Assembly (NCBI RefSeq): GCF_006345805.1 | Contig: NC_043021.1 | Location: 19,778,001 to 19,842,000, forward strand | Reading direction: 5' to 3' | Origin: Octopus sinensis | Lineage: Eukaryota | Length of the DNA: 64,000 nt | Part shown: piece by piece, positions 38,828-50,863 of the stretch | Layout of the letters: each line of letters begins with the position of its first letter | How positions within the stretch are numbered: position 1 is the stretch's first letter | Made by a program: the position numbers and the translations under genes | The notes under the pieces: model-generated | Databases searched by the model: none | The model's input: the letters and a program-made list of their open reading frames with translations, nothing else | Told to the model about the DNA's origin: nothing

Positions 38828-39076
38828 AATGATTTATTTTGTGTTTTATTTACTTTGCTAGGTAGTCGTTGTAGGATCGACTAGTCACGACTAGCTAGCG
38901 CGGATGCGCGACTACATGAGTACCGCAATGTCCCATTTTAAACTTGAAGGGGGGAAAAAAAAAAGCCTTACATATTTGTTCTTACCTGTTACAATTTGTG
39001 CATGTATAACATCCGCAAATTTCCAAGCAGAAAACAGAATCGAACTGCCGTTTGCTTCTACGGAAATACCCGAAGT

Positions 39077-39603
39077 ATTCACCTGAATCTTAATATATTA
39101 TATATACACCTTAATATATTATATATACACCTTAATATGTTATATATACACCTGAATCTGAATATATTATGTATACACAGGTAAGGCGGCGAGCTGGCAG
39201 AAACGTTAGCACGCCGGGCGAAATGCGTAGCCGTATTTCGTCTGCCGTCATGTTCTGAGTTCAAATTCCGCCGAGGTCGACTTTGCCTTTCATCCATTTC
39301 GGGGTCGATAAATTAAGTACCAGTTACATACTGGGGTCGATGTAATCGACTTAATCCGTTTGTCTGTCCTTGTTTGTCCCCTCTGTGTTTAGCCCCTTGT
39401 GGATAGTAAAGAAATAGGTATTTCGTCTGCCGTTACGTTCTGAGTTCAAATTCCGCCGAGGTCGACTTTGCCTTTCATCCTTTCGGGGTCGATAAATTAA
39501 GTACCAGTTACGCACTGGGGTCGATATAATCGACTTAATCCCTTTGTCTGTCCTTGTTTGTCCCCTCTGTGTTTAGCCCCTTGTGGGTAGTAAAGAAATA
39601 GGA
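39077..39603 (+). mobile_element. SINE S2 dimer plus 5' AT-rich minisatellite, inside one TSD
   Basis: 13-bp direct repeat AAATACCCGAAGT at 39064-76 and 39604-16; SINE head at about 39184. Confidence 0.8.
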
Positions 39604-39991
39604 AAATACCCGAAGTGAAATAGTTTGATTTTGTCGAGTTATATCGAAGGAATGCCCTGCCTTTCTACATGAAATATGAAAATTTGCATGCTACATTAAA
39701 TGCATTCATTTCCATTAATGAGCAGTTTGTAAACACTCTCCCAGCTACTTATATGCATGTGTAGTCTACACGTGGCTTGTTGTTTCAATTTCAGCTTATT
39801 GGCTGAACGTAATTTTCTTCAGAAAACTGTTCGCTATCATTTGTTGATTAGCGTATCATTTGTATATATGCTCTCCCAGCACTTATTATACGCACGTGTA
39901 ATCTATTCATGGTTTGTTGGTGCTCAAATTTCAGCTTGTTAAGCAAATGGGCTCCCATTTATTTAGGCCTGTGTGTGATCTGTTTCTAGTT

Positions 39992-40206
39992 TACTCTTTT
40001 ACTCTCTTTTACTTGTTTCAGTCATTTGGCTGCGGCCATGCTGGAACACCGCCTTTTTTTATCGAGCAACTCGACCCCGGGACTTATTCTTTTGTAAGCC
40101 CAGTACTTATTCTATTGGTCTCTTGTGTGTTTACGTCCCCGCTAAGTGACGGGGACGTAAACACACCAGCATCGGTTGTCAAGCAATGCTAGGGGGACAA
40201 ACACAG

Positions 40207-40237
<31 letters not shown>

Positions 40238-40406
40238 CATATATACGACGGGCTTCTTTCAGTTTCCGTCTACCAGATCCACTCACAAGGCTTTGGTCGG
40301 CCCGAGGCTATAGTAGAAGACACTTGCCCAAGGTGCCACGCAGTGGGACTGAACTCGGAATCATGTGGTTACCACACGCTACTTACCACACAGCCACTCC
40401 TGCGCC
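39992..40406 (-). mobile_element. SINE S1
   Basis: Full reverse copy. Confidence 0.9.
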
Positions 40407-40600
40407 TTCAAATTTCAATTCGCTATTGGGATTTAAATTTTGTTGATTAAAACAACAACATTCGTTATACATTTGCTCGTTTAGAGAACCAACTCGTATA
40501 GGAGTACCCCACTATATATCTATAATATATCCAGTAGTCAAATATATATTGTTGCTATTATGCAAAAGTGTCTCGTAAGTCCAAAATGTTGCTTTTTTTA

Positions 40601-40766
40601 AGGAGTAGCTGTGTGGTAAGTAGCTTGCTTACGAACCATATGGTTCCGGGTTCAGTCCTAATGCGTGGCACCTTGGGCAAGTGTCTTCTACTATAGCCTC
40701 GGGCCGACCAAAGCCTTGTGAGTGGATTTGGTAGACGGAAACTGAAAGAAGCCCGTTGTATATATG

Positions 40767-40797
<31 letters not shown>

Positions 40798-40966
40798 TTG
40801 TCCCCCCAACATTGCTTGACAACCGATGCTGGTGTGTTTACGTCCCCGTGACTTAGTGGTTCAACAAAAGAGACCGAAGTCCTGGGGGGTCGATTTGCTC
40901 GACTAAAGGTAGTGCTGCAGCATGGCTGTAGTCAAATGACTGAAACAAGTAAAAGAGTAAAGAGTA
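40601..40966 (+). mobile_element. SINE S1
   Basis: Near-full copy, head-to-head with the copy at 39992-40406. Confidence 0.9.
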
Positions 40967-41145
40967 ATTCCATATCAAAACCGTTGTATTAAACTTTGAC
41001 AATTTTTCATATGCTGGCATCTGAAACAGCTGGAGATACGATAGTTTGACCAAAATAAACGACTATTGCAAGCAAAAATATATATTGAAACAAACTCGTT
41101 TGGCCCAACAGTCACACACACATATATACATATGTATGTATAGAG

Positions 41146-41365
41146 CAGTGCTTTTCAAACTTTTTGCTGGAGCGAAACCCCAAGGAAACATTCCACTGGC
41201 TCGAGGAACCCCCATGCAATAATTTAATAGTCTTATGCACACATAATCTGCACAGGAGAATTAAAAATTACTGCCGATTTTAGCAGTTTTTTAACTTCTT
41301 GCGGAACCCCTGCACTGTACTGGCGGAACCCTATGGTTCCGCGGAACCCTGGTTGAAAACCATTG
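41146..41365 (+). mobile_element. hAT (Charlie-like) MITE
   Basis: CAGTGCTTTTCAA..TTGAAAACCATTG termini; repeated GGAACCC subterminal motifs. Confidence 0.8.
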
Positions 41366-41501
41366 ATGTACAGACTTGAATAGTGAGAAAAAAGTCCTCA
41401 GAATTATTTTTAAAAATCCTTTTATTTCTTCATCATTATTAGCGCTTTCGTTCCTCTCTAGAACTTGTCAAATACAATTTATATATATATATATCATCTT
41501 G

Positions 41502-41803
41502 ATCACCGTGAGCAACCAGGCTATCAGATGTTGCTACACATCACTGGTCACAATGCACTTCGCATTGTTTTAGCCTTCAAATGACGCCACCCCGCTCGCT
41601 AAGCGAGCAGGCCAACAGAAGAAAGAGTGAGAGAAAGTTGTGGCGAAAGAGTACAGCAGGGATCACCTCCACCCCCTGCCGGAGCCTCGTAGAGCTTTAG
41701 GTGCTTTCACTCAAGAAGCACTTGCAACGCCTGGTCTGGAAATCAAAACTGCGATCCTACGACCACAAGTCCACTGCCCTAATCACTGGGCCATTGCGAC
41801 TCC
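41502..41803 (-). mobile_element. SINE S3, tail b
   Basis: Reverse copy of the tRNA-Arg head and tail b. Confidence 0.85.
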
Positions 41804-42075
41804 ACACACACACACACACATATATGTGTGTGTGTATGTACAACAGGCTTCTTTCACTTTCATTCTACCAAGTTCACTGACACGGCTTCGGTCGGCCCAA
41901 GGCTATAGTAGAAGACACTTGTCCAGTGTGCCATGTGGTTGGGAAGCAAGCTTCTTACCACAAAGGTTGTTTGTTATAGCTGGTCAAAGAGTGATCATTG
42001 GTTTGTACTTATAAAGTGCTTAGCTGTAGAGGTGACTCATCAGACACACACAAACCTATCTCTGACCCTCTATAC

Positions 42076-42236
42076 CAGTGGTTTTCAACGAGGGTACCGC
42101 GGAACCTTAGGGTAATTTTTAATTCTCCTATGCAGATATGTGTGCATAAAACTATTAAATTATTGCACAGGGGTTCCTCAAGCCAGTGGAATGTTTCCTT
42201 GGGGTTCCGCTCCAGCAAAAAGTTTGAAAAGCACTG
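42076..42236 (-). mobile_element. hAT MITE, internally deleted, inverted relative to 41146
   Basis: Perfect 8-bp TSD CTCTATAC at 42068-75 and 42237-44. Confidence 0.9.
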
Positions 42237-42355
42237 CTCTATACCATTAATCTCTCAATTGACACAAAGCCAACCCCATCTCAGTACTATTACCCCAACC
42301 CAGTTGAGGTTTTTTTTGCCTATTTTCTGTGTCTCTTTTTGTCTTGCAAGGTACA

Positions 42356-42759
42356 TACTCTTTACTCTCACTTTTACTCTTTTACTTGTTTCAGTAATTT
42401 GACTGTGGCCATGCAGGAGCTCTGCCTTTAGTTGAGCAAATCGACCCCAGGACTTATTCTTTGTAAGCCTAGTACCTATTCTATCGGTCTCTTTTGCTAA
42501 ACCGCTAAGTTACGGGGACATAAACACACCAGCATCGGTTGTCAAGCAAAGTTTGGGGGACAAACACGGACACACACATATATATACATATACATATATA
42601 CGACGGGCTTCTTTCAGTTTCCGTCTACCAAATCCACTCACAAGGCTTTGGTCGGCCTGAGGCTATAGTAGAAGACACTTGCTCAAGGTGCCACACACTG
42701 GGACTGAACCCGGAACCATGTGGTTAGTAAGCAAGCTACTTACCACACAGCCACTCCTG
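42356..42759 (-). mobile_element. SINE S1
   Basis: Full reverse copy. Confidence 0.9.
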
Positions 42760-42789
42760 GCGATTCTGTCAGTGATAGTGTCACATAAA

Positions 42790-43030
42790 AAGTACTCAAT
42801 ACACTCTGTAAAGTGGTTGGCATTAGGAAAGACATCCAACCATAAAATCCTTGCCAAAAGAGACAACGGAACCTGTTACAGCTCTTGGTCCTTACCAGCT
42901 TCTGGCCTTACCAGCTCTTGGTCCTTACCAGCTTCTGGCCTTACCAGCTCTTGGTCCTTACCAGCTTCTGGCCTTACCAGCTCCTGTCAGACTGTCTAAC
43001 CCATGCCAGCATGGAAAACAGATAATGATG
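42790..43030 (+). mobile_element. RTE 3' end (family R) with a 33-bp x3 tandem duplication
   Basis: Unit CAGCTCTTGGTCCTTACCAGCTTCTGGCCTTAC at about 42879-42985. Confidence 0.7.
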
Positions 43031-43401
43031 CTATCACTGTATCAGCCAGATTATTAGATGTCGTTACACATTGCTGGTCACAATGTGCTTCCTCTCGTTG
43101 CCACCCTGGTGGCTAGGCAGGCTGATCAACATTCCTTATGAATGGTTATGTTGCAGGGTTATCCATTCACAGCTGAGTGGACTTGAGCAAAAGTGAAATG
43201 AAGTGTTTGTTTCTTTTAGCACAATGCACTGCTGGTCTGATAATTGAAACCACAATCTTGCCATTGAGAGTGCAACACTGTAACCAATAGGCCATGAACC
43301 TTCACACACACACACACACAGAGATAAATGCATATAACTCAAATATAATTGACTTCCAAAGCCTGCTAACATGCCATCATGTCTGTCTTTCTTTCTCCTG
43401 T

Positions 43402-43781
43402 GGAGGCAGAATGGCCCAGTGGTTGGGGCAGTGGACTTGCGATTGGAGGGTTGCGATTTTGATTCCCAGACTGGGCGTTGTGTGTGTTTATAGAGCGGAA
43501 AACACCTAAGGCTCCATGAGGCTCCAGCAGGGGGTGGTGGTGAACCGTGCCATACAGTTTCACTACAACTTTCTCTCATTCTTTCTTCCTGTTTCTGTTG
43601 TACCTGTATTTCAAAGGGGCCAGCCTTGTCACACTCTGTGTCACGCTGAATCTCCCAGAGAACTACATTAAGGGTACACGTGTCTGTGGAGTGCTCAGCC
43701 ACTTGCACGTTAATTTCACGAGCAGGCTGTTCCGTTGATCGGATCAACTGGAACCCTCATCGTCATAACTGACGGAGTGCC
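43402..43781 (+). mobile_element. SINE S3, tail a, near full length
   Basis: tRNA-like head; tail ..GTGGAGTGCTCAGCCACTTGCACGTTAATTTCACGAGCAGGCTGTTCCGTTGATCGGATCAAC. Confidence 0.85.
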
Positions 43782-43800
43782 ATGATATAATATATATATA

Positions 43801-44530
43801 GGCACAGGCATGGCTGTGTGGTAAGAAGGTTGCTTCCCAACCACATGGTTCTGGGTTCAGTCCCACTGTGTTGCACCTTGGGCAGGTGTCTTCTACTATA
43901 GCCTCAGGCCGACTAGAGCCTTCTGAGTGGATTTGGTTGACAGAAACTGAAAGAAACCTGTCGTATATATGTGTGTGTGTGTGTGTGTATTTATGTGTGT
44001 CATCATCATCATCATCATCGTTTAACGTCCGCTTTCCATGCTAGCATGGGTTGGACGGTTCAACTGGGGTCTGGGAAGCCCGAAGGCTGCACCAGGCCAG
44101 TCAGATCTGGCGGTGTTTCTACAGCTGGATGCCCTTCCTAATGCCAACCACTCCATGAGTGTAGTGGTGCTTTTTATGTGCTACCGACACAGGTGCCAGA
44201 CGAGGCTGGCGAACGGCCACGCTCGGATGGTGCTTTTTACGTGCCACCAGCACGGAGGCCAGTCAATGCGGTGCTGGCTACGGCCACGTTCGGATGGTTC
44301 TGTTATGTGCCACCGATATACATTTGTGTGTATGTGTGTCTATATTTGTCCCCCCACTGTCACTTGGCAACTAATGCTGGTCTGTTTATGTCCCCGTAAA
44401 TTAGTGATTCAGCAAAAGAGACCAATAGAATAGGTACTAGTACAAATACTAAGCTTACAAAGAATAAGATTTGTTCAACTAAAAGCGATGCTCCAGCATG
44501 GGCACAATCAATAACTGAAACCAGTAAAAG
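43801..44530 (+). mobile_element. SINE S1 split by an RTE 3' fragment (44001-44314, minus strand)
   Basis: Insert sits in the central (TG)n. Confidence 0.85.
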
Positions 44531-44896
44531 AATCTCTTTCGGTTATGAATGGCCATGGGATTCCTACATACCTAGAAAGTTCCCCTCCGAAGCACAAGTC
44601 CAAGCAAGGTTGTTTGTGGAAGACCAGCAGTCACCCATGCATACCAGCCTCCCTTCTCTATGCCATTGATGTTATCCAAGGGAAAGGCAAAGGGGCTGAT
44701 ACAGCTTGGCACCCGTGATGTCACAACTCATTTCTACAGCTGAGTGAACTGGAGCAACGTGAAAAGTAAAGTACCTTGCTCAAGAACACAACACAGTCCA
44801 GGAATTGAACTCACTTCCTTGTGATTTTGAGCCCAGTGCTCTAACCACTGAGCCATGCGCCTTTACATCTATCTGTCTATGTATCTATCTACATGA

Positions 44897-45111
44897 TTTC
44901 TTTTCTGCTCTAGGCACAAGGCACAAAATTTTGGGGAAGGGGGCCAGTCGATTAGATCAACCCCAGTATGCAACTGGTATTTAATTTATCGACCCTGAAA
45001 GGATGAAAGGCAAAGTTGACTGCGGCAAAATTTAAACTCAGAATGTAAAGACACAAAAAATACCGCTATGCATTTCGCCTGGCATGCTAATGTTTCTACC
45101 AGCTCACTGCC
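44897..45111 (-). mobile_element. SINE S2 monomer with GGCCTTGTGCC-type tail
   Basis: Reverse copy. Confidence 0.85.
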
Positions 45112-45143
45112 TTGTGTGTGTGTGTGTGTATATATATATGTGT

Positions 45144-45446
45144 GGAGGCGCAATGGCCAAGTGGTTAGGGCAGTGGACTCGCGGTTGTAGGATCGCAGTT
45201 TCGATTCCCAGACCGGGCATTGTGAGTGTTTATTGAGTGAAAACGTCTAAAGCTCCACGAGGTTCCGGCAAGGGGTAGTGGCGATCTCTACTGTACTCTT
45301 TCGCCACAACTTTACTCTCACTCTTTCTTCTTTTAGCCTGCTTGCTTAGCCAGCGGGGTGGCGTCATTTGAGGGCTAAAACAGTCTGAAGCGCATTGTGA
45401 CCAGCGATGTGTAGCAACATCTGACAGCCTGGTCGGTTACGGTGAT
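45144..45446 (+). mobile_element. SINE S3, tail b
   Basis: GCGGACTCGCGG-like anticodon arm (TCG, Arg); inserted after (TG/TA)n. Confidence 0.85.
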
Positions 45447-45509
45447 GTGTCTCACGTTTGATTTTTGACTTCTGGCCGAAATCAGATCGCCATGTTGATT
45501 CGCTAGCCT

Positions 45510-45730
45510 CTGCACGCATAATTTTTTTCTCTCCTTCTTTCTGTGTTTTTTCTCTGTGTATCTTTCTGTTGAAGAGCATAGGCTCGAAACGTTAAAGACT
45601 TGTTTTATTTATATTTCCTGAGCGCCATACTAATACAATTGTTTGTTTGTATTCCACCTGCCTTCGTCTTTTGTTTATTTCTGTAAACCTGCCTTCGTCT
45701 TTTGTCTATTTTCATAAAGCTTCCCGTTAT
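45510..45730 (+). mobile_element. Penelope-like pLTR (family H1) ending in (TA)n
   Basis: Contains the hammerhead at 45561-45598; homologous to 34503-34630. Confidence 0.65.
45561..45598 (+). ncRNA. Minimal type I hammerhead with non-canonical core (CUGUUGA)
   Basis: TCTTT-CTGTTGA-A-GAG-CATAGG-CTC-GAA-ACGT-T^AAAGA: helix I 5 bp, helix II 3 bp, palindromic ACGT helix III. Confidence 0.6.
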
Positions 45731-46229
45731 ATATATATATATCTATATCTATGTCTACATACATACATACATACATACACACATACATACATACATACAT
45801 ACATACATACATACATGCATGCATGCATGCATGCATACATACATACATACATATATACATACACACAGACATGTGTGTGTGCATGTCTTTCTGAAGTCGT
45901 GTTAGTGTTAATAGCGTCCATGGTAACAACCAATCAAATGAGATTGATCAAATGTGATCAAGTAAATGGTGGTGGTGGTGGCAGTAGAAGTAGCTGTGGC
46001 GGTAGTAGTAGCAGTGGTGGTGGTTGGTGGTGGTGGTGGTGGTGATGGTGTCAGTTGTAATAGTATCTGTGTTGTTTTTGTTGTTCTTGTTTAGCAGCAC
46101 TTGATCAACTCTGATCTAGCAGACCAAGGTGTACCATGACCATCCCATCCTATCATTCTATGCCCCTTTTTCTTTCTTTCGCTAGTAGTGGTGGTGGTGG
46201 TGTGAAATGTGCTGTACTGTAATGGTATT

Positions 46230-47940
46230 GATAGTTGTAACAGTAGTGTTGGTGGTAGTGGTAGTGGCATTAGTGGTAGTGGTAGTGATGAAAGTAATAG
46301 TGTTGGTGATAGCAACACTGGTGATTGTCGCAGTGGTGGTGGTGTTGGTGGTAGTGTTGGTGGTAGTGTTGGTGGTGGTGTTGGTGGTGGTGTTGGTAGT
46401 TGTGTTGGTGGTTGTGTTGGTGGTAGTGTTGGTGGTTGTGTTGGTGGTAGTGTTGGTAGTAGTGTTGGTGGTTGTGTTGGTGGTAGTGTTGGTGGTAGTG
46501 TTGGTGGTAGTGTTAGTGGTAGTGTTGGTGGTAGTGTTGGTGGTAGTGTTGGTGGTAGTGTTAGTGGTAGTGTTGGTGGTTGTGTTGGTGGTGGTGTTGG
46601 TGTTGGTGGTTGGTGTTGGTGGTAGTGTTGGTGGTGGTGTTGGTGGTAGTGTTGGTGGTAGTGTTGGTGGTTGTGTTGGTGGTAGTGTTGGTGGTTGTGT
46701 TGGTGGTAGTGTTGGTGGTTGTGTTGGTGGTAGTGTTGGTGGTGTTGGTGGTTGTGTTGGTGGTAGTGTTGGTGGTAGTGTTGGTGGTAGTGTTGGTGGT
46801 AGTGTTGGTGGTAGTGTTGGTGGTTGTGTTGGTGGTAGTGTTGGTGGTTGTGTTGGTGGTAGTGTTGGTGGTGGTGTTGGTGGTTGTGTTGGTGGTTGTG
46901 TTGGTGGTAGTGTTGGTGGTTGTGTTGGTGGTAGTGTTGGTGGTTGTGTTGGTGGTAGTGTTGGTAGTAGTGTTGGTGGTTGTGTTGGTGGTAGTGTTGG
47001 TGGTAGTGTTGGTGGTAGTGTTAGTGGTAGTGTTGGTGGTAGTGTTGGTGGTAGTGTTGGTGGTAGTGTTGGTGGTAGTGTTAGTGGTAGTGTTGGTGGT
47101 TGTGTTGGTGGTGGTGTTGGTGTTGGTGGTAGTGTTGGTGGTAGTGTTGGTGGTTGTGGTGGTGTTGGTGTTGGTGGTAGTGTTGGTGGTAGTGTTGGTG
47201 GTTGTGTTGGTGGTAGTGTTGGTGGTGGTGTTGGTAGTTGTGTTGGTGGTAGTGTTAGTGGTAGTGTTGGTGGTAGTGTTGGTGGTAGTGTTGGTGGTAG
47301 TGTTAGTGGTAGTGTTGGTGGTGGTGTTGGTGGTAGTGTGGTGGTGGTGTGGTGGTAGTGTTGTGGTGGTGTTGGTGTAGTGTTGGTGGTAGTGTGGTGG
47401 TGGTGTGTGGTGGTAGGTTGGTGGTGGTGTTGGTGGTAGTGTTGGTGGTAGTGTGGTGGTGGTGGTTGGTGGTAGTGTTGGTGGTAGTGTTGGTGTGGTG
47501 TTGGTGGTAGTGTTGGTGGTGGTGTTGGTGTTGGTGGTTGTGTTGGTGGTAGTGTTGGTGGTAGTGTTGGTGGTGGTGTTGGTGGTAGTGTTGGTGGTAG
47601 TGTTGGTGGTTGTGTTGGTAGTGGTTGTGATGGTGGTAGTGTTGGTGGTTGTGTTGGTAGTTGTCACTGGTGGTGGTGGTGCTGCTGGTGATGGTGTTAG
47701 TAATTGTCACAGTGGTGGTGGTGTTGGTGGTGGTGTTGGTGGTAGTAATTGTCACAGTGGTGGTGGTAGTGGTAGTTGTGTGAGTGGTTGCTGTGGTGGT
47801 GATGGTGCTGATAATAGTAACGGCAGTAGCGGCAGCGGTGGTAGCGGCAGCGGTGGTGGCGGCAGCGGTGGTGGCGGCAGCGGTGGTGGCGGCAGCGGTG
47901 GTGGCGGCAGCGGTGGTGGCGGCAGCGGTGGTGGTGGTAG
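46230..47940. repeat. 12-bp (GGTGGTAGTGTT)n minisatellite, then 15-bp (GGCAGCGGTGGTGGC)n
   Basis: Direct inspection. Confidence 0.95.
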
Positions 47941-48470
47941 ATAATATGAAAGAAAGATTATTACAAACAAATATACATTGATTTATTATATTCTTGCAGA
48001 ACAAAAGTCTGTCTAGCGTCTCTGGTCCAACACACACACATGCTTATGTGTACGCACATGCTTACACACACACGCACACACAAATGGGCATAACCAGAAT
48101 GCACATACATACATACACAAAGTGAAATGCACACACACACACACACACATATGCAACATACACACATACACTCACGCATGCACATGCTCATACACACATA
48201 TTCATATAATACACATATACTCTTATACACATACATGCACACACTCGTATATACACACATAGCTCCCTCCCCAACACATTTACAATTGTCAAAATTCCTT
48301 ATGTCTGTTGCCTTGCAAACTGATATGGGTTAGAAAGAGCTGTAAATTCATGTTCTCACTTGCATTATTGCGTTTTACATTGCCAAATGATTGATTGGTA
48401 ATTTATTAGAAGGTCATAATGGAATGTCGTGAGAAAAATCACAATCTTTCATTATTTATTTTAACATATA

Positions 48471-48866
48471 GGCGTAGGAGTGGCTGTGTGGTAAGTAGCT
48501 TGCTTACCAACCACATGGTCCCAGGTTCAGTCCCACTGCGTGGCACCTTGGGCAAGTGTCTTCTACTATAGCCTCGGGCCGACCAAAGCCTTGTGGGTGG
48601 ATTTGGTAGATGGAAACTGAAAGAAGCCCGTCGTATATATGTTTATGTATATATATGTGTGTTTGTGTGTCTGTGTTTGTCCCCCCCCAACATTGCTAGA
48701 CAACTGATGCTGGTGTGTTTGCGTCCCCGTAACTTAACGGTTCGGCAAAAGAGACCAATAGAATAAGTACTAGGCTTACAAAGAATAAGTCCTGGGATTG
48801 ATTTGCTCGACTAAAGGCAGTGCTCTTGCATGGCCACAGTCAAATGACTGAAACAAGTAAAAGAGT
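48471..48866 (+). mobile_element. SINE S1, full length
   Basis: Complete head to tail. Confidence 0.9.
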
Positions 48867-48943
48867 ATTTCTTAACCACTTGACCACTGATTCTGCTAGA
48901 AATAGCAGCTATATCTACCTCAGAGCTACTTCTAATGTCTTAA

Positions 48944-49519
48944 CCCTTTAGCATTCAGATTACTCTGTCAAATGTATTGCTTATTCATTCACATTGTTTT
49001 GAATTAGTTAGTTAGTTAGTTAATTTTTGGCTCAAAAAGCAAAAAACAAGGCCATGTAGGGGGACATGGAGTTATGTACAGGGTGGTGTTCATGTAAAGA
49101 GTTCAGGCCATTTGTGGTCAAGGGAGACTTTGAACCGAGCGGTCGTCGGCATCTTCACCATCTCGTCCGGCAGCTTATTCCACGGATCCGCAACCCGGAC
49201 GGAGAAAGCCCCTCTCCTTCGATTGAGATGAAATCGTCGCAGATAGAGCTTTTCGGAGTGACCCCACAGCCGATGCTCTGGAGCAGGAGTGAAGAACAGC
49301 TCTTTCGAGAGGTTACGCTTTCCGCTTATGATGTTGTGAGCAAGAATGAGATCTCCACGGCATCGTCATTTTTCTAGAGAATAAAGGTCGAGCGTCTTCA
49401 GACTTTCTTCATAAGACAAATTCTTGAGACCAATTAATCACGCATTGTTTTGTAGTTACAAGATTTTGATGGTCTGGTTGCTTATTTTTTTACGGGGTAG
49501 ATGTGAGGGGCTAGATCTA
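48944..49519 (-). mobile_element. MITE P1 (reverse) split by a CR1 fragment
   Basis: TTAA-CCCTTTAGCATTCAG start; MITE sequence resumes at 49432. Confidence 0.75.
49005..49431 (-). mobile_element. CR1/L2-type LINE ORF2 C-terminus, second family
   Basis: GLKNLSYEESLKTLDLYSL..RGDLI..FSVRVADPWNKLP..FKVSLD, then a (TAAC)n tail. Confidence 0.85.
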
Positions 49520-49944
49520 CATTGAAACTCCGATGTCTGGCAGCTGACTTGGCAGACACCCATAAAATTATTAACCATCTTACAAACAATAACTCTGAGC
49601 ACCTTTTCAAACTCCACCTGTCTAACACCCGTGGACATGTTTACAAAGTCAGTAAACAGCACAGCTCCCATGACTTTCAGAAACATTTTTTCATGTTAAG
49701 AATTGCTGAAGCATGGAACAGACTGCTGGCATCAGTTGTTAATTGTTGGAGCACTGCATCCTTCGAAACGTCCATGCTTCCTGAGATTCGCCAACACTAC
49801 ACCTGATTTTCTCCCCTCCATACACACGCAAGCATGTATCTGACTCATACATTGTTCGCTTTCCAGACATTTGTACATTACTGCATATGCTTCATACGCA
49901 CTTTTGACAAGTTGTGGTACACCCGAGCACTGTATACAATAATT

Positions 49945-49977
<33 letters not shown>

Positions 49978-49978
49978 C
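49520..49978 (+). mobile_element. CR1/L2-type LINE 3' fragment with (ATT)n tail
   Basis: ORF 49522-49806 (NTRGH.YK..FF.LRIAEAWN.L) plus 3' UTR. Confidence 0.85.
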
Positions 49979-50270
49979 ATGTTTGACTTTTGCTTTATAT
50001 TTGTACTAGTTGGCTCCAAGTCTCACCCAGAGACCTCAAGAGACAACAGGTTGGAAGTTCATGTTGTTGCCATGCCTAGTGTGCCATATATTTGGGGCTT
50101 TTTTGGTGTTGTACTAGTGAATGTCCCCCCCAAAAAAACCGAAAATTATGTTTGTTTTAAACCCTGAGATTACATAGAAAGTATTTTGCGTAGGATATGA
50201 GCAGTTCCCATGAGCACTATCTTTTGAATTTCTGCCATTTTTGGGTTTCCTGGTATCTGAGTTAGGTAGC
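49979..50270 (-). mobile_element. R4/Dong-like (RLE) non-LTR 3' end with (AAT)n tail
   Basis: C-terminal IQKIVLMGTAHILRKILSM*, matching the Q...L.GTA.ILR motif recalled for R4/Dong-clade ORFs. Confidence 0.75.
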
Positions 50271-50304
50271 AATCATCATCATCATTATTATTATTATTAT
50301 TATT

Positions 50305-50786
50305 GAGTGAGCGAACAGAGCATGCCATCAAAGTGACACTGAGGTAAAATATACGAAGCCCAGTATACCCATCATGACTACCCGTCTGATAAGGGTACAC
50401 CAGGCACATGCATCACAACCATATGTGTGCGACATGGTGATCTCATATCAAGATAAACAGCACATGACCTTGCAGGTGGAGCCCAGTTAGAATTTTCTTC
50501 AGATTGAGTAACCCATCCCGCTCAAAAGGTCCCTGAATAAGGGTTGTTTAAGGACATTGAACGAAACACCCATGTTTCCAGAGGTGAATTATTCAAACCC
50601 CAAAGAATCCTTCTCAACACATGGCTATGATGCTCCCCCACTACTTCTGCTCGTGATCAGAGATGCACATATCGTCAGCCACTAAGGGACATGCTCAACT
50701 GGATATGGTCAAACAATTGACAAGCAAATCTGTGGTATTGAGCAGAATATTTGCACTAGCCCATCTTTTATACCAAAACAAAACAA

Positions 50787-50788
<2 letters not shown>
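50305..50788 (-). mobile_element. Family T copy
   Basis: (ATT)n on both sides. Confidence 0.8.
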
Positions 50789-50822
<34 letters not shown>

Positions 50823-50863
50823 CAAAACAGGTGGAATATTTGGGCCAGACATGACTGGTGTAA

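Noticed and set aside
43402-43480. tRNA-like sequences at SINE heads
   Set aside because: A/B boxes and an anticodon arm are present, but there is no closed acceptor stem and they continue into SINE bodies; not tRNA genes.
46207-48037. Long Val/Gly-rich and Thr/Asn-rich (mucin-like) ORFs
   Set aside because: All are frames of a 12-bp minisatellite, with no signal peptide, splice context or unique domain.
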